From Coriobacteriia bacterium (GTDB taxonomy: Bacteria > Actinomycetota > Coriobacteriia > Coriobacteriales > Eggerthellaceae): DNA of 64,000 nt. The notes under the pieces were generated by a model that did not search any database, was not told where the DNA came from, and saw nothing but the letters and a program-made list of their open reading frames with translations. How positions within the stretch are numbered: the first letter of the stretch is position 1; every line of letters begins with the position of its first letter. Shown in pieces: positions 26,198 through 35,385 of the stretch. Made by a program: the position numbers and the translations under genes. The stretch spans positions 403 to 64,402 of the forward strand of contig JAUMVJ010000008.1 of assembly GCA_030530215.1 (NCBI GenBank). The letters are read 5' to 3'.

Positions 26198-28111
26198 TTA
26201 AGCCTCCAGCTGAGCGTAGCGGGAAACCGCAAAGTTGGTGATGTCGGAGCGGTTGATAACGCCGACAAGCTTGCCGTCAGCCAAAACGGGGACCTTCTTC
26301 AAGTGATGCTGCGACAAAACGGCGCACACATCGTCCATGCGCGCGGTGAGATCAACCGAAACAACCTGTTTGGTGGAAATCTCGCCTACGGTAAGGGAGG
26401 TGAGCAGCTCCAGCTTGTCCGAGAAATTACGTGCATCGGGATCGGTGACCACCGCATAGAAACTGACGCGCGGATCCTGCTTCGAAAGCGAGCCGATGAT
26501 GTCGCCGTCGCTCACGAAGCCCACAAGCGAACCAGCCTCGTCAAGAACGGGCGCACCGGAGATCCCCTTCTCAGTGAACAGGCGCAAGGCATCCAGAGCG
26601 GTATCGCCCTCCTTAAGCGCGAAGACGTCGGTCTTCATGAGCTGAGCAAGGATCGAAGCCTCGCCCTCGGGAGCGGCTTCGGCCTGCTCGCCTGCGGCGG
26701 CACGCTTCTTCAGCTGAGTAGCACAAAGGAACGCCAAGACGGCAAGCGCCAAAGAGAAAGTAAGACCCCAGTGCGAACCCTGAGCGAAAGCCAAAGACGT
26801 ATCGCTTGCGCCACCAGCCAAAAACGCGGACTGACCGCTGGCAAGCAGGAAGGTCGCGAACGCCGTGCAGACTGCGCCGAACACCTGCTGCAAGGTATTG
26901 AGCATGGTGGATCCGTCGGTCGAATAGCGAGGAGGCAAAGAAGCCAGCGCATGAGTCTGGCAAGGCGACATGGCCAAAGGAATGCCAACCATCGCCATAA
27001 CGTGGCAGCACACGACGAACACAAGGGGCGTATCGGGTGTCGCCGTCGTCAAAAGGGCAACGGCAACAGCCGTCAGCGCAAAGCCAATGAGTGCTGGGAT
27101 GCGCGCACCGATTGCGTCGTAAATGCGGCCGGCAATCATGCTTACCAGGGCATTCACGATACCGCCGGGCAGCATGACCAAGCCAGCCACGCTAACCGCC
27201 AAAAGCATGGAGTTCTGATAGAACTGCGGCAGGATGTAGAGCGCCGACAGGATGATGCCGAAGTTAAAGGTGACGCACAACGCACCGAACAGGAAGCCCG
27301 GATAAGTGAAAATGCGCAGGTCGATGATGGGAACCTCGAGCCCAAGCTGACGACGAACGTAAATCACCAGTGCAATCACGCCGACAATCAGGGAAACATC
27401 GGTTGGCACCGAAACCCAGCCAAGCAGGCTGGCTAAGCCCATACCCAAGACGATTCCGCCGAAGCCGAGCACAGAGGTGAAAACCGAAACCACGTCGATG
27501 TGCGGCTTGGTGAGTTCGTAGGGGTTCACCTGGAATTTCAGCGTAAAGAACAGGCCGACGATCAAGATCAGGGCAAAGCTCAAGAAAACGAAGCGCCACG
27601 AAAACGCGCCAACGATGATTCCGGCAAGGGTCGTGCCGATCGCAGAGGCGAACATGATAATGAGCGCATTGATGCCCATGGCAGCGCCGATTTTGTGAGG
27701 AGGGAACACCTCCAACACCATGGCGAACATCAAAGGCAACACCAAGCCGGTACCAACGCCTTGGATGATGCGGCCCGCCAGACATGTCGCAAATCCCGGA
27801 GCGAAAGCGCTGATCAGCGAGCCGATCAAAAATGCGCTCAGCGCGAAAGTAGTGATCTTGCGGGCGCTGAACCACTTCATCAGCAAGCTGGAGAAGGGCA
27901 ATACGACGCCGATGGCCAGCATGTAGCCCACAACCAGCCACTGGGTAAGGGTAATTTCAACCCCAAAAGTTGCCGAGAGCTGCGGCAGAGCGATGTTCAG
28001 GGCGGTTTCGGAATACATTCCGGTGAAGCCGCCCAAGTAAAGGCCCATCAAACATAGATAGGGATGGGCAACCTGTACTCGAGCTTTGGGCATGGTTTCA
28101 TTTTGAGTCAC
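26198..28111 (-). CDS. DHA2 (LmrB-like) MFS efflux pump fused to a C-terminal CBS pair
   Basis: ETALNIALP, QWLVVGYML, GRIIQGVG, WRFVF, IIDLRIF; C-terminal ISGAPV..GFVSDGD and KKVPV..GVINRSD. Confidence 0.9.
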   Translation of the reverse strand: MTQNETMPKARVQVAHPYLCLMGLYLGGFTGMYSETALNIALPQLSATFGVEITLTQWLVVGYMLAIGVVLPFSSLLMKWFSARKITTFALSAFLIGSLISAFAPGFATCLAGRIIQGVGTGLVLPLMFAMVLEVFPPHKIGAAMGINALIIMFASAIGTTLAGIIVGAFSWRFVFLSFALILIVGLFFTLKFQVNPYELTKPHIDVVSVFTSVLGFGGIVLGMGLASLLGWVSVPTDVSLIVGVIALVIYVRRQLGLEVPIIDLRIFTYPGFLFGALCVTFNFGIILSALYILPQFYQNSMLLAVSVAGLVMLPGGIVNALVSMIAGRIYDAIGARIPALIGFALTAVAVALLTTATPDTPLVFVVCCHVMAMVGIPLAMSPCQTHALASLPPRYSTDGSTMLNTLQQVFGAVCTAFATFLLASGQSAFLAGGASDTSLAFAQGSHWGLTFSLALAVLAFLCATQLKKRAAAGEQAEAAPEGEASILAQLMKTDVFALKEGDTALDALRLFTEKGISGAPVLDEAGSLVGFVSDGDIIGSLSKQDPRVSFYAVVTDPDARNFSDKLELLTSLTVGEISTKQVVSVDLTARMDDVCAVLSQHHLKKVPVLADGKLVGVINRSDITNFAVSRYAQLEA

Positions 28112-28181
28112 GTGAGATTCAATCCTTTCTTCATGTTTAAATCCGCCGAAGCGGTAGTGTGCCGAGCACCGAAAGCGCACG

Positions 28182-28284
28182 AAAAAAGCGCCCGTAGACT
28201 CGCTACGAGCGCTTCATATAGGTTGATGCGACTTTGCTGGTGATTAAGGCACTCTCATTTAAGCACAAAGCACCCCGGCCGCAT
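28182..28284 (-). promoter_or_regulatory. Putative attenuator: leader ORF MRPGCFVLK (28284-28255) plus intrinsic terminator (28214-28182)
   Basis: AAGCGCUCGUAG-CGAGU-CUACGGGCGCUUUUUU lies inside the 5' leader of the MFS gene, preceded by a 9-codon uORF. Confidence 0.6.
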
Positions 28285-28380
28285 AAGCGATAATTTCGGG
28301 GAATTTCACTTTATTAGGTAAAGCTCGCAGCCTACAATTCGACTATTAAGCATTTTTAACCGCAACACGAAGGGTCCTCT

Positions 28381-28959
28381 ATGGAATTGCTCGAGCAACG
28401 CATCCGCCAAGATGGCATAGTCAAAGAAGGCAACGTTCTTAAGGTGGATGGATTCTTGAACCACCGCATGGACGTTACGCTTCTTAAGAAGATGGCCGAG
28501 CAATGGCATGCCGATTTTTCCGACAAGCCCATCAACAAGATTCTCACCATCGAGGCCAGCGGCATCGGCATCGCAGCCATCGCGGGCCTGGTGTTCGACG
28601 TGCCCGTGCTTTTTGCAAAGAAGAGCAAGTCCATCAACATCGACGGCTCCGTCTATTGCGCACGCGTGCACTCCTTCACGCATAAGACCGACTCCGATGT
28701 CATCGTTTCCAAGAAGTTCCTGGACGAAAACGACCACGTGCTCATCATCGACGATTTCATGGCCAACGGCTGCGCCATGAACGGCCTGATCGAGATTTGC
28801 GAGGGCGCGGGCGCCACGATCGAGGGCATCGGCATTGCCATCGAGAAGGGCTACCAGGGCGGCGGCGACGCGCTGCGCGAGCGCGGTTTTGCCGTGGACT
28901 CCCTGGCAATCGTCGAGTCCATGGATGCAAGCACGGGTGAAATCGAGTTCCGCCAATGA
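28381..28959 (+). CDS. xpt: Xanthine phosphoribosyltransferase
   Basis: [38 protein letters not shown]. Confidence 0.95.
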   Translation: MELLEQRIRQDGIVKEGNVLKVDGFLNHRMDVTLLKKMAEQWHADFSDKPINKILTIEASGIGIAAIAGLVFDVPVLFAKKSKSINIDGSVYCARVHSFTHKTDSDVIVSKKFLDENDHVLIIDDFMANGCAMNGLIEICEGAGATIEGIGIAIEKGYQGGGDALRERGFAVDSLAIVESMDASTGEIEFRQ

Positions 28960-30428
28960 GCAATACGAACTCTGAACTCACCCAAAACCTCTCCAGCTGG
29001 ACCGGCAAGGTTTCCGTTGCCGCTGCCTTCCCCTACGGCCTGCAGCACGTGCTTGCCATGTTCGTATCCAATCTGGCACCCATCGTCATCATCTGCGCGG
29101 CCGCCGGCGTTGGCACCACGGAATCGGGAATCCTGATTCAAAGCGCCATGCTCGCCGCGGGCATCGGCACCCTTATCCAGCTGTTCGGTGTCTGGCGCAT
29201 CGGCGCGAAAATGCCCATCGTCATGGGCGTGAGTTTCACCTTCGTCACCGTTTTAAGCGGCATTGCAGCAACTTACGGCTTCGGAGCCGTAGCGGGCGCC
29301 GTCATCGTGGGCGGCTGCATCGAGGGCATGCTCGGTCTGTTCGCGCGCTACTGGTACCGTTTCATTGGCCCGACTGTTTCGGCGGTTGTGGTTACTTCAA
29401 TCGGCTTCTCGCTGCTCTCCACCGGCGCCGAGACCTTTGCCGGCGGCTCGGGTGCTGCCGATTTCGCCTCGCCCGAAAATCTGTTCCTGGGCACTTTCTC
29501 GCTCATCGCCTGCCTGGCCTTCCAGCATCTCATCAAAGGAAGCGCCAAGCAGCTTTCCGTCTTGTTTGGCCTGGTAGCAGGCTATATCGTCGCGCTTCTT
29601 ATGGGGCATGTCGACTTCTCGGCCTTCGAGGGCATCCAAGTTGTGGCGCTTCCGTCCATCATGCCCTTCACGCCCGAGTTCAGGCTTGATGCCATCATCT
29701 CGGTCACGCTTTTGTTCTTGGTAAGCGCCGCCGAAACCATCGGCGATACCGGCGCCATCGCGCGCGTTGGCTTCAACCGTCTTGCCACCGACCGTGAGGT
29801 TTGCGGCGCGGTTTCCGCCGACGGCTTCACCAGCGCCATCGCGGGCGGCCTTGGCTGCACGCCGTTGACCTCGTTCGCTCAGAACATCGGCCTCATCGGC
29901 ATGACCCACGTCGTCAACCGCAAAGCAATCGCCTGCGGCGCCTGCGTCCTGATTGTGGCGGCTTTCGTGCCTGCTATCAGCGCCGTATTCAACTCGGTGC
30001 CAAGCGCAGTCCTTGGCGGCTGCACCATCATGATGTTCGGAACCATCGTCACCAGCGGTTTTCAGATGATCGCCGCAGCGGGCTTCACCCAGCGCAACAT
30101 CACCATCGCCGCGACCTCTCTTGCCATCGGAGTCGGCTTCTCCCAGGTGGGCGCCATCTTCGTGAACTTCCCCGAAATGGTGCAGAATATCTTCGTTAAC
30201 AACAGCATCGCCCTCACCTTCGCAGTGGCGCTGGTGCTTAACCTGGTGCTGCCCCGCAACCCCAAAGAAGATGCCGAGCCCGTCGCTTCGACATCGGCCG
30301 GCCTTGAGCATGAAATGCGCCCTGCTCCCGCAAACCTGAGCGAAAACTCGGGCAAGCCCGTTGGCGCAAGTTCCGCAAAGAACGAAGCTACGAATTCCGC
30401 TGATCAGAGCCCAGCTCAAGACGCTTAG
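28956..30428 (+). CDS. pbuX: NCS2 xanthine/uracil permease
   Basis: [28 protein letters not shown] signature; overlaps the xpt stop (ATGA). Confidence 0.88.
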   Translation: MSNTNSELTQNLSSWTGKVSVAAAFPYGLQHVLAMFVSNLAPIVIICAAAGVGTTESGILIQSAMLAAGIGTLIQLFGVWRIGAKMPIVMGVSFTFVTVLSGIAATYGFGAVAGAVIVGGCIEGMLGLFARYWYRFIGPTVSAVVVTSIGFSLLSTGAETFAGGSGAADFASPENLFLGTFSLIACLAFQHLIKGSAKQLSVLFGLVAGYIVALLMGHVDFSAFEGIQVVALPSIMPFTPEFRLDAIISVTLLFLVSAAETIGDTGAIARVGFNRLATDREVCGAVSADGFTSAIAGGLGCTPLTSFAQNIGLIGMTHVVNRKAIACGACVLIVAAFVPAISAVFNSVPSAVLGGCTIMMFGTIVTSGFQMIAAAGFTQRNITIAATSLAIGVGFSQVGAIFVNFPEMVQNIFVNNSIALTFAVALVLNLVLPRNPKEDAEPVASTSAGLEHEMRPAPANLSENSGKPVGASSAKNEATNSADQSPAQDA

Positions 30429-30837
30429 CGTTTTTCCAAAGCTCCATCAACATCTCAGGGCCAAGCGCATCGAGCGTTTGGCCCTTTTCTTTTGCCTCGA
30501 CCTCCATCGAAGACCAACGATCGCGGAATTTATCGCAGGTGGCCAGCAATGCCGCCTCAGGATCCACGCCGCTCCAGCGGGCAACGTTCACCAAGCTAAA
30601 GAGGATGTCGCCAAACTCAAGCTCCTTATCGTGAGGAGTGGTGGCTTCCTTGAACTCATCAATCTCTTCGTAGACCTTTTCCCAAACGCCCTGCACATCG
30701 CGCCACTCGAAGCCGCAGGAGACGGCATAGCGCGATATGTCCAAGGCCTGGCTCAAGGCCGAGCCCTCTCGGGCAAGATCGTTCAAGCTGCTTGGCGTTG
30801 GCTGCCCGGCAGCCGACTCTTTCCTCTGGTCATTCAT
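30388..30837 (-). CDS. Single-domain MazG-like NTP pyrophosphohydrolase
   Basis: GFEW..VWEKVYEEIDEF..ELEFGDILFSLVNVAR..DPEAAL..KF. Confidence 0.85.
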   Translation of the reverse strand: MNDQRKESAAGQPTPSSLNDLAREGSALSQALDISRYAVSCGFEWRDVQGVWEKVYEEIDEFKEATTPHDKELEFGDILFSLVNVARWSGVDPEAALLATCDKFRDRWSSMEVEAKEKGQTLDALGPEMLMELWKNAKRLELGSDQRNS

Positions 30838-30845
30838 ATTCGCCC

Positions 30846-31775
30846 CTAGCTCGCGTTCTTCTTCAGCTTCAACTGCGACACGCACACGCCCAAAAGGATC
30901 ACCGCCACACCGGCCCATTGGACACCGGTTATGGGCGTTGAGAGGATAAGCATGGCTACCAGCAAGCCGGCAGGAAGCTCGGACGCGGCCAAAATGGTGT
31001 TGATGCCCGCCGGCAAATGCGGCGTCGCAATGCCGAATAGCAGCACTGGTAGCACAAAGCCGATTGCGCCCGTCACCAGCCCGAATATCGCTATGCCGTC
31101 GAGCAGAACCCCGGACGGAGCAAAATCCGGGCACACGAAAATGCTTATGGCGAAAGCACCCAAGCACACAAGTAGGCCTCGTTGCGAATCCGAGCAATCA
31201 ACGCGCAGCTTTCCGGACAAGGTCACGAACAGGGCGCAGCTGAGCGCCGCAAGCAATCCGCAGACGATTCCCAGAACGTCGAAACTCGAAATGCCACTTT
31301 CATAAAGCCCGCTTGCGAAAACCGTACCCGCAACCACGAGCAGGGCCGATACCACCTGCGCAAACGAGGGCGCACGACGCGTCATGAAAACCTGAATAAC
31401 CGTGCCAAGCCACGTGAACTGAAAAAGCAAAGTAAGCGCAAAGGGCACCGGCAAAACGCTCATCGCGTAGCAATACAAAATGGTTGTCGTGGCGCTCAGA
31501 ACGCCTAAGAAAACAAGCTTGGCCATGTCGACGCCGCTTAGCCTTGTCCACCGGCGACCAAGCGCGCGGCCTATCAAGAAGGCGACGCCGAAGGTGAGCG
31601 TCGCAAACCAAATCTGAGCCGTCATCATCTGAGCCGACGAGAATCCCAGGCCATAAGCAAGCTTGTAGCAGCTTGCGTTGGCACCGTAGCACGCCCCGCC
31701 CACAAACACCATCAAAGCTGCACAGCCGCGCGAAAGCTCGCCTTTCTTCACCGATGCCGTTTCGATATTCGCCAC
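30846..31775 (-). CDS. EamA/DMT transporter
   Basis: About ten hydrophobic segments, LLFQFTW, SELP. Confidence 0.85.
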   Translation of the reverse strand: MANIETASVKKGELSRGCAALMVFVGGACYGANASCYKLAYGLGFSSAQMMTAQIWFATLTFGVAFLIGRALGRRWTRLSGVDMAKLVFLGVLSATTTILYCYAMSVLPVPFALTLLFQFTWLGTVIQVFMTRRAPSFAQVVSALLVVAGTVFASGLYESGISSFDVLGIVCGLLAALSCALFVTLSGKLRVDCSDSQRGLLVCLGAFAISIFVCPDFAPSGVLLDGIAIFGLVTGAIGFVLPVLLFGIATPHLPAGINTILAASELPAGLLVAMLILSTPITGVQWAGVAVILLGVCVSQLKLKKNAS

Positions 31776-31855
31776 TTTGCCACTACCTCCGATCGCGCGT
31801 TACTTTGCTATCCTAGTTTGCCGAGAAACAAAGCTATCACAGCCCTAGGACCTTC

Positions 31856-33094
31856 ATGAAAATTAACCACGCGATACTTCATGCTTTCGACTTCGTTTCC
31901 TGCGAAAACGCCTTTGCGCAAACCGAAATCGACCTTCATAACAAAAACGCCAAGAAGTACGTGCAGAGCCTCGCAAACAAATGCCTGAACAACCTTGATA
32001 ACAAGCATGGCGAGTTTAGCCCCGAGAGCCTGTTCGCACCCGAGCTGCGCGCCTACCACGCCGGCGAGCGCGACTTCGCGGGCTTAAGCCAGCAGATTGC
32101 CGAATTCCTGGCGGGCGAACTCGGACACATGGAAAAGACGCCGTCCTGCGACGTCCTGGTAGTCGACTTCGAGGTCGAACCCAAAATGGAAGCTGCACCC
32201 GATAGCTTCGACACCGCAAGCGATTCGGATACCGCGCCCTGGGACGAGGAGCCCGCTCCTACCAGCTCCGACGAAGCCTCGTTCCCGGAAGAAGCTCCTT
32301 GGGATGAAGAGAACTCCGCGGGCGCTTCGGACGACTCCCCCACTGGCGCCGCCGACGCCGGTGCAAACGAAAGCGACACCACGCGCTTCGGCGATGCCTC
32401 CGACATCCTCGCTCAAATGAATAAGCGCTACTTCGCCATCATCCTGCTCGAAAGCAAACAGGCCTACATGCACGATCTTTTCGTTGGCGAAACAGGCACC
32501 GAAAACACTATTTCGCGTCACTTCGCCATCCTGCCCAACCCCAGCCAGAAGGTTCAATCCGCCGCCGTCATCGACCTGCGCTCCCAGAATGTGCTTTTCG
32601 TCGACAAGAAACGCGTTATCGCAGGTCAGGAAACCTACCTTATCCCCGACGGCCTGCTGCAGTGCTCATCTAAGGCATCCACCAAGGAAATCGTGAGCAC
32701 CGCCGTGCAGATTGTCGAGGAAGTGGCCCAAGAATACGGCGCCAACCCCGCTGTGGCCACTGCGCGCGTCAAGGACTACGTCACCGAGTGCGCTCGCGAT
32801 TCACGAGACTTCGACATCGACGAAATGGCAGACGAGGTTTTCGGCGACCAGGCTGCCCCGCGCGAAACCATCCGCGAATATGCGCAGGAGCGCGAGCTTC
32901 CCCAGCAAGTCAGCGTCGAAAAGGAAGTGGTGAAGCGCGTTGCGCGCACCCAGAAGATCCGCACCGACACCGGCATCGAGATCAGCTTCCCCGCCGAGTA
33001 CGTCCGCAGTCCCGAGTTCATCAGCTTCACCAGCACCGCGGACGGCACCTACTCCATCTCGCTCAACAACATCACCAGCATCGAGAACCGCTAA
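31856..33094 (+). CDS. Nucleoid-associated protein (NdpA/NA37-like) with an acidic insertion
   Basis: MKINHAILH, ILPNPSQKV, QKIRTDTGIEISFP, DGTYSI. Confidence 0.75.
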   Translation: MKINHAILHAFDFVSCENAFAQTEIDLHNKNAKKYVQSLANKCLNNLDNKHGEFSPESLFAPELRAYHAGERDFAGLSQQIAEFLAGELGHMEKTPSCDVLVVDFEVEPKMEAAPDSFDTASDSDTAPWDEEPAPTSSDEASFPEEAPWDEENSAGASDDSPTGAADAGANESDTTRFGDASDILAQMNKRYFAIILLESKQAYMHDLFVGETGTENTISRHFAILPNPSQKVQSAAVIDLRSQNVLFVDKKRVIAGQETYLIPDGLLQCSSKASTKEIVSTAVQIVEEVAQEYGANPAVATARVKDYVTECARDSRDFDIDEMADEVFGDQAAPRETIREYAQERELPQQVSVEKEVVKRVARTQKIRTDTGIEISFPAEYVRSPEFISFTSTADGTYSISLNNITSIENR

Positions 33095-33124
33095 GGGCCC
33101 CCGAGCCGCGCGACTGCACCCCAC

Positions 33125-33424
33125 AAAGCCCAGCTCGGCCTCCCGTGCGCGCCCCGCACGGCTTCCCAATGTCAACGGCGGCTCGCGCCCGGTAAAGCCC
33201 AGCTCGGCTCCCCGCGAGCGTCCTGTACGGCCTTCTGCGCCGACGAAGGCTCGCGCCAGGCAAAGCTCCGAAGGGTTCGCTCTGAAAACCAAAAAGAGGG
33301 CTTCGTCCGAAGCCCGCATAACAATACTGAAGGAGTAAGCGCATGAGGAAGCCCAGGTCTTCGACCTGGGCTTCCGAACAGCGGAACGGGCGATACCCGA
33401 AGCGGGCTTTGCCTGGCGCGAGCC
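33125..33424. repeat. Tandem repeat (about 68 bp period) plus a 19-bp perfect inverted repeat enclosing hairpins
   Basis: AAAGCCCAGCTCGGC at 33125 and 33194; GGCTCGCGCCAGGCAAAGC (33248-33266) against GCTTTGCCTGGCGCGAGCC (33406-33424). Confidence 0.75.
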
Positions 33425-33470
33425 GCCCCGCACTCGCCCATGCGCGCATTCTTCTTTCCTTGCAAAACAA

Positions 33471-33501
33471 AAGGCCAGGGAGCATCAAGCCCCCTGGCCT
33501 T
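33471..33501. terminator. Terminator between convergent genes
   Basis: AAGGCCAGGG / CCCTGGCCTT with flanking A- and T-rich tracts. Confidence 0.65.
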
Positions 33502-33675
33502 CTTGGGTTTATGCAAAACCTACGAGTGGAGTTATCTTGCAAGACCCGAGGTTTCACACGAGCCCGCTTTCGCCGCCGTCAAAGTTGATAGGTCCCCTCC
33601 GGCGGCTCCCCCTTCAGATAAAACCTCGGCTGCTTCAATAGGGATGTATCCGCAGGCCAAAGTGAAATCTGGCTG

Positions 33676-35031
33676 TTAGGCTGCCTCGGTAACGAGCTTG
33701 GCGTCCGAAACGTACCAAGTCTTCTCGCGCTTCTTGTAAGCAGCTATACCGGTGTAGGCAATCAGGACGAAGGTCAGAACAACCTCTGCCAACGAGAACA
33801 TGAAGAACGCATCCCAACCGTAGGTCTGCATGAGGATGGCCCAACCGGTGGCGCCAAAGCCGCCGAGCAGGTTGTACAGGCAAACCTGGATGGAGTAAAT
33901 ACGGTCGTAATCCTTGCCGCCGAAGCATTCCTTGATCAGGAATGGAATCATCGCCGTCGAGCAAGCGTACATCAGGCCGTACAGCGCGCCGCCGAAGAAC
34001 ATGGGCCAAACGCCCGCCTCGCCGAAGATCTTAGGCATCTGCCAAATAAGGAGCAGGCCGGTAACGCCACCGCAAACGCCCATGATCTGTGCAGCAAGCA
34101 GAGAGTGGGACTCGATAATACCGACGAGCACCTTACCAATCATCTGGCCAGCGGATGCGAAGGACTCCAGGGTGCCGGAAAGCAGCAGCAGGGCAACGAT
34201 TGCCTGGCCCTCCCAGCCTTCATTACCCAAGAACTGAACATAAGTTGCGAACAGCTGAGACAGCGTGGTAACGATGTTCAGGCAGCCGCAGCCGAGCATC
34301 ATGGTCCAGTAGAAGGGCTGATGCGGAGCTTCCTTCAGCGTGAAGCCGGGCTCCTCGGGAGTCTCAAGGGACTCCTCTTCCGCAGCTTCCTCGGCGGCCA
34401 GAGGCATACCGTAGGGCAACAGACCGACCTTCTCGGGAGTACGGTCAAGGAAGGCCCAGATGCAGATCAGGGTTGCGAAGAACATGATGACTGCATAGTA
34501 CTGGTAAATCTGAGGCCAGCCAGAAAGATCGGCGCGCAGGAGATGCTGACCAACGAGATTCCACACGATGCCGCCAGCACCGGTGCATGCGAAGGAAACG
34601 CCGATTGCGGTGCCGTAGTTCGTGTGGAACCAGCGGGAAAGCATACCCGCAGTCATGGTGTACTCCAGAATTGCGAGGCCGATGCCGATGACGATGCCGG
34701 CAGCCCACATGCACTGAACGCTCGGCCACATACTATTGAAGAAGTAAGGCACCGAAGTAAGAATCAGCGCACCCGTGAAGAAGATACGCGGATTAATGCG
34801 CTCGAACAGCCAAGAAGCCGGAATCGGCGCGATAGTGGATCCGATGTAGACGCAAGTGATGTAGAACGAAACATCGGAAACCTGGCAGCCGAAATGAGCT
34901 GCCACGGGGCGGTAGCAAAGGCCCGCGCAGATGAAGATCATCGCCACGCACGTGAACAGTGCAACCATACAGGTGATAACGACACCGAAATGATGCCAAG
35001 TCATCCCCTGCCTTTCAATTTTCTCAGTCAT
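33676..35031 (-). CDS. MFS transporter (OFA/MCT-like), paralog 1
   Basis: About twelve TM helices, LSRWFHTNYGTAIG, DRTPEKVGLLPYG, ECFGGKDY. Confidence 0.88.
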   Translation of the reverse strand: MTEKIERQGMTWHHFGVVITCMVALFTCVAMIFICAGLCYRPVAAHFGCQVSDVSFYITCVYIGSTIAPIPASWLFERINPRIFFTGALILTSVPYFFNSMWPSVQCMWAAGIVIGIGLAILEYTMTAGMLSRWFHTNYGTAIGVSFACTGAGGIVWNLVGQHLLRADLSGWPQIYQYYAVIMFFATLICIWAFLDRTPEKVGLLPYGMPLAAEEAAEEESLETPEEPGFTLKEAPHQPFYWTMMLGCGCLNIVTTLSQLFATYVQFLGNEGWEGQAIVALLLLSGTLESFASAGQMIGKVLVGIIESHSLLAAQIMGVCGGVTGLLLIWQMPKIFGEAGVWPMFFGGALYGLMYACSTAMIPFLIKECFGGKDYDRIYSIQVCLYNLLGGFGATGWAILMQTYGWDAFFMFSLAEVVLTFVLIAYTGIAAYKKREKTWYVSDAKLVTEAA

Positions 35032-35288
35032 GACTCCTCCTTAAAACATGAGAAAACTTCCCAACAAAACGATGGTGTTTCAGGTGGCAGACGTTCCCTC
35101 TCGTCTGTTTACCCACCACATGTCTTAATCAGGATAATCAAGCCTATGAGCTGCAAGTGTTTGTTTGAATTGCTCTCTGCTCAAGAAATTTGAACAGGTT
35201 CATTTCTTAGTTCAAATTTGTATAATGCGAGGTCATCAGTACAAAATTTCTAAACTGAGTTCAATAAACCTGCACGGCATAAACAAAG

Positions 35289-35317
35289 AAAAACCCGGGA
35301 GTTTTTACACTCCCGGG
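35289..35317 (-). terminator. Terminator between the MFS paralogs
   Basis: CCCGGGAGT / ACTCCCGGG followed by TTTTT on the minus strand. Confidence 0.8.
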
Positions 35318-35385
35318 CTTAAAGCCGACTATGGGGTTTCGGCTTTACAGGTACGCGTTCCCCCCTACGCGCGCCCTATTGTTTT

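Noticed and set aside
28215-28380. TPP or purine riboswitch between the MFS gene and xpt
   Set aside because: GGGGUGCU...UGAGA resembles TPP, but the downstream ACCUGAU...GCGUAGGGA half is missing; no purine aptamer core was found.
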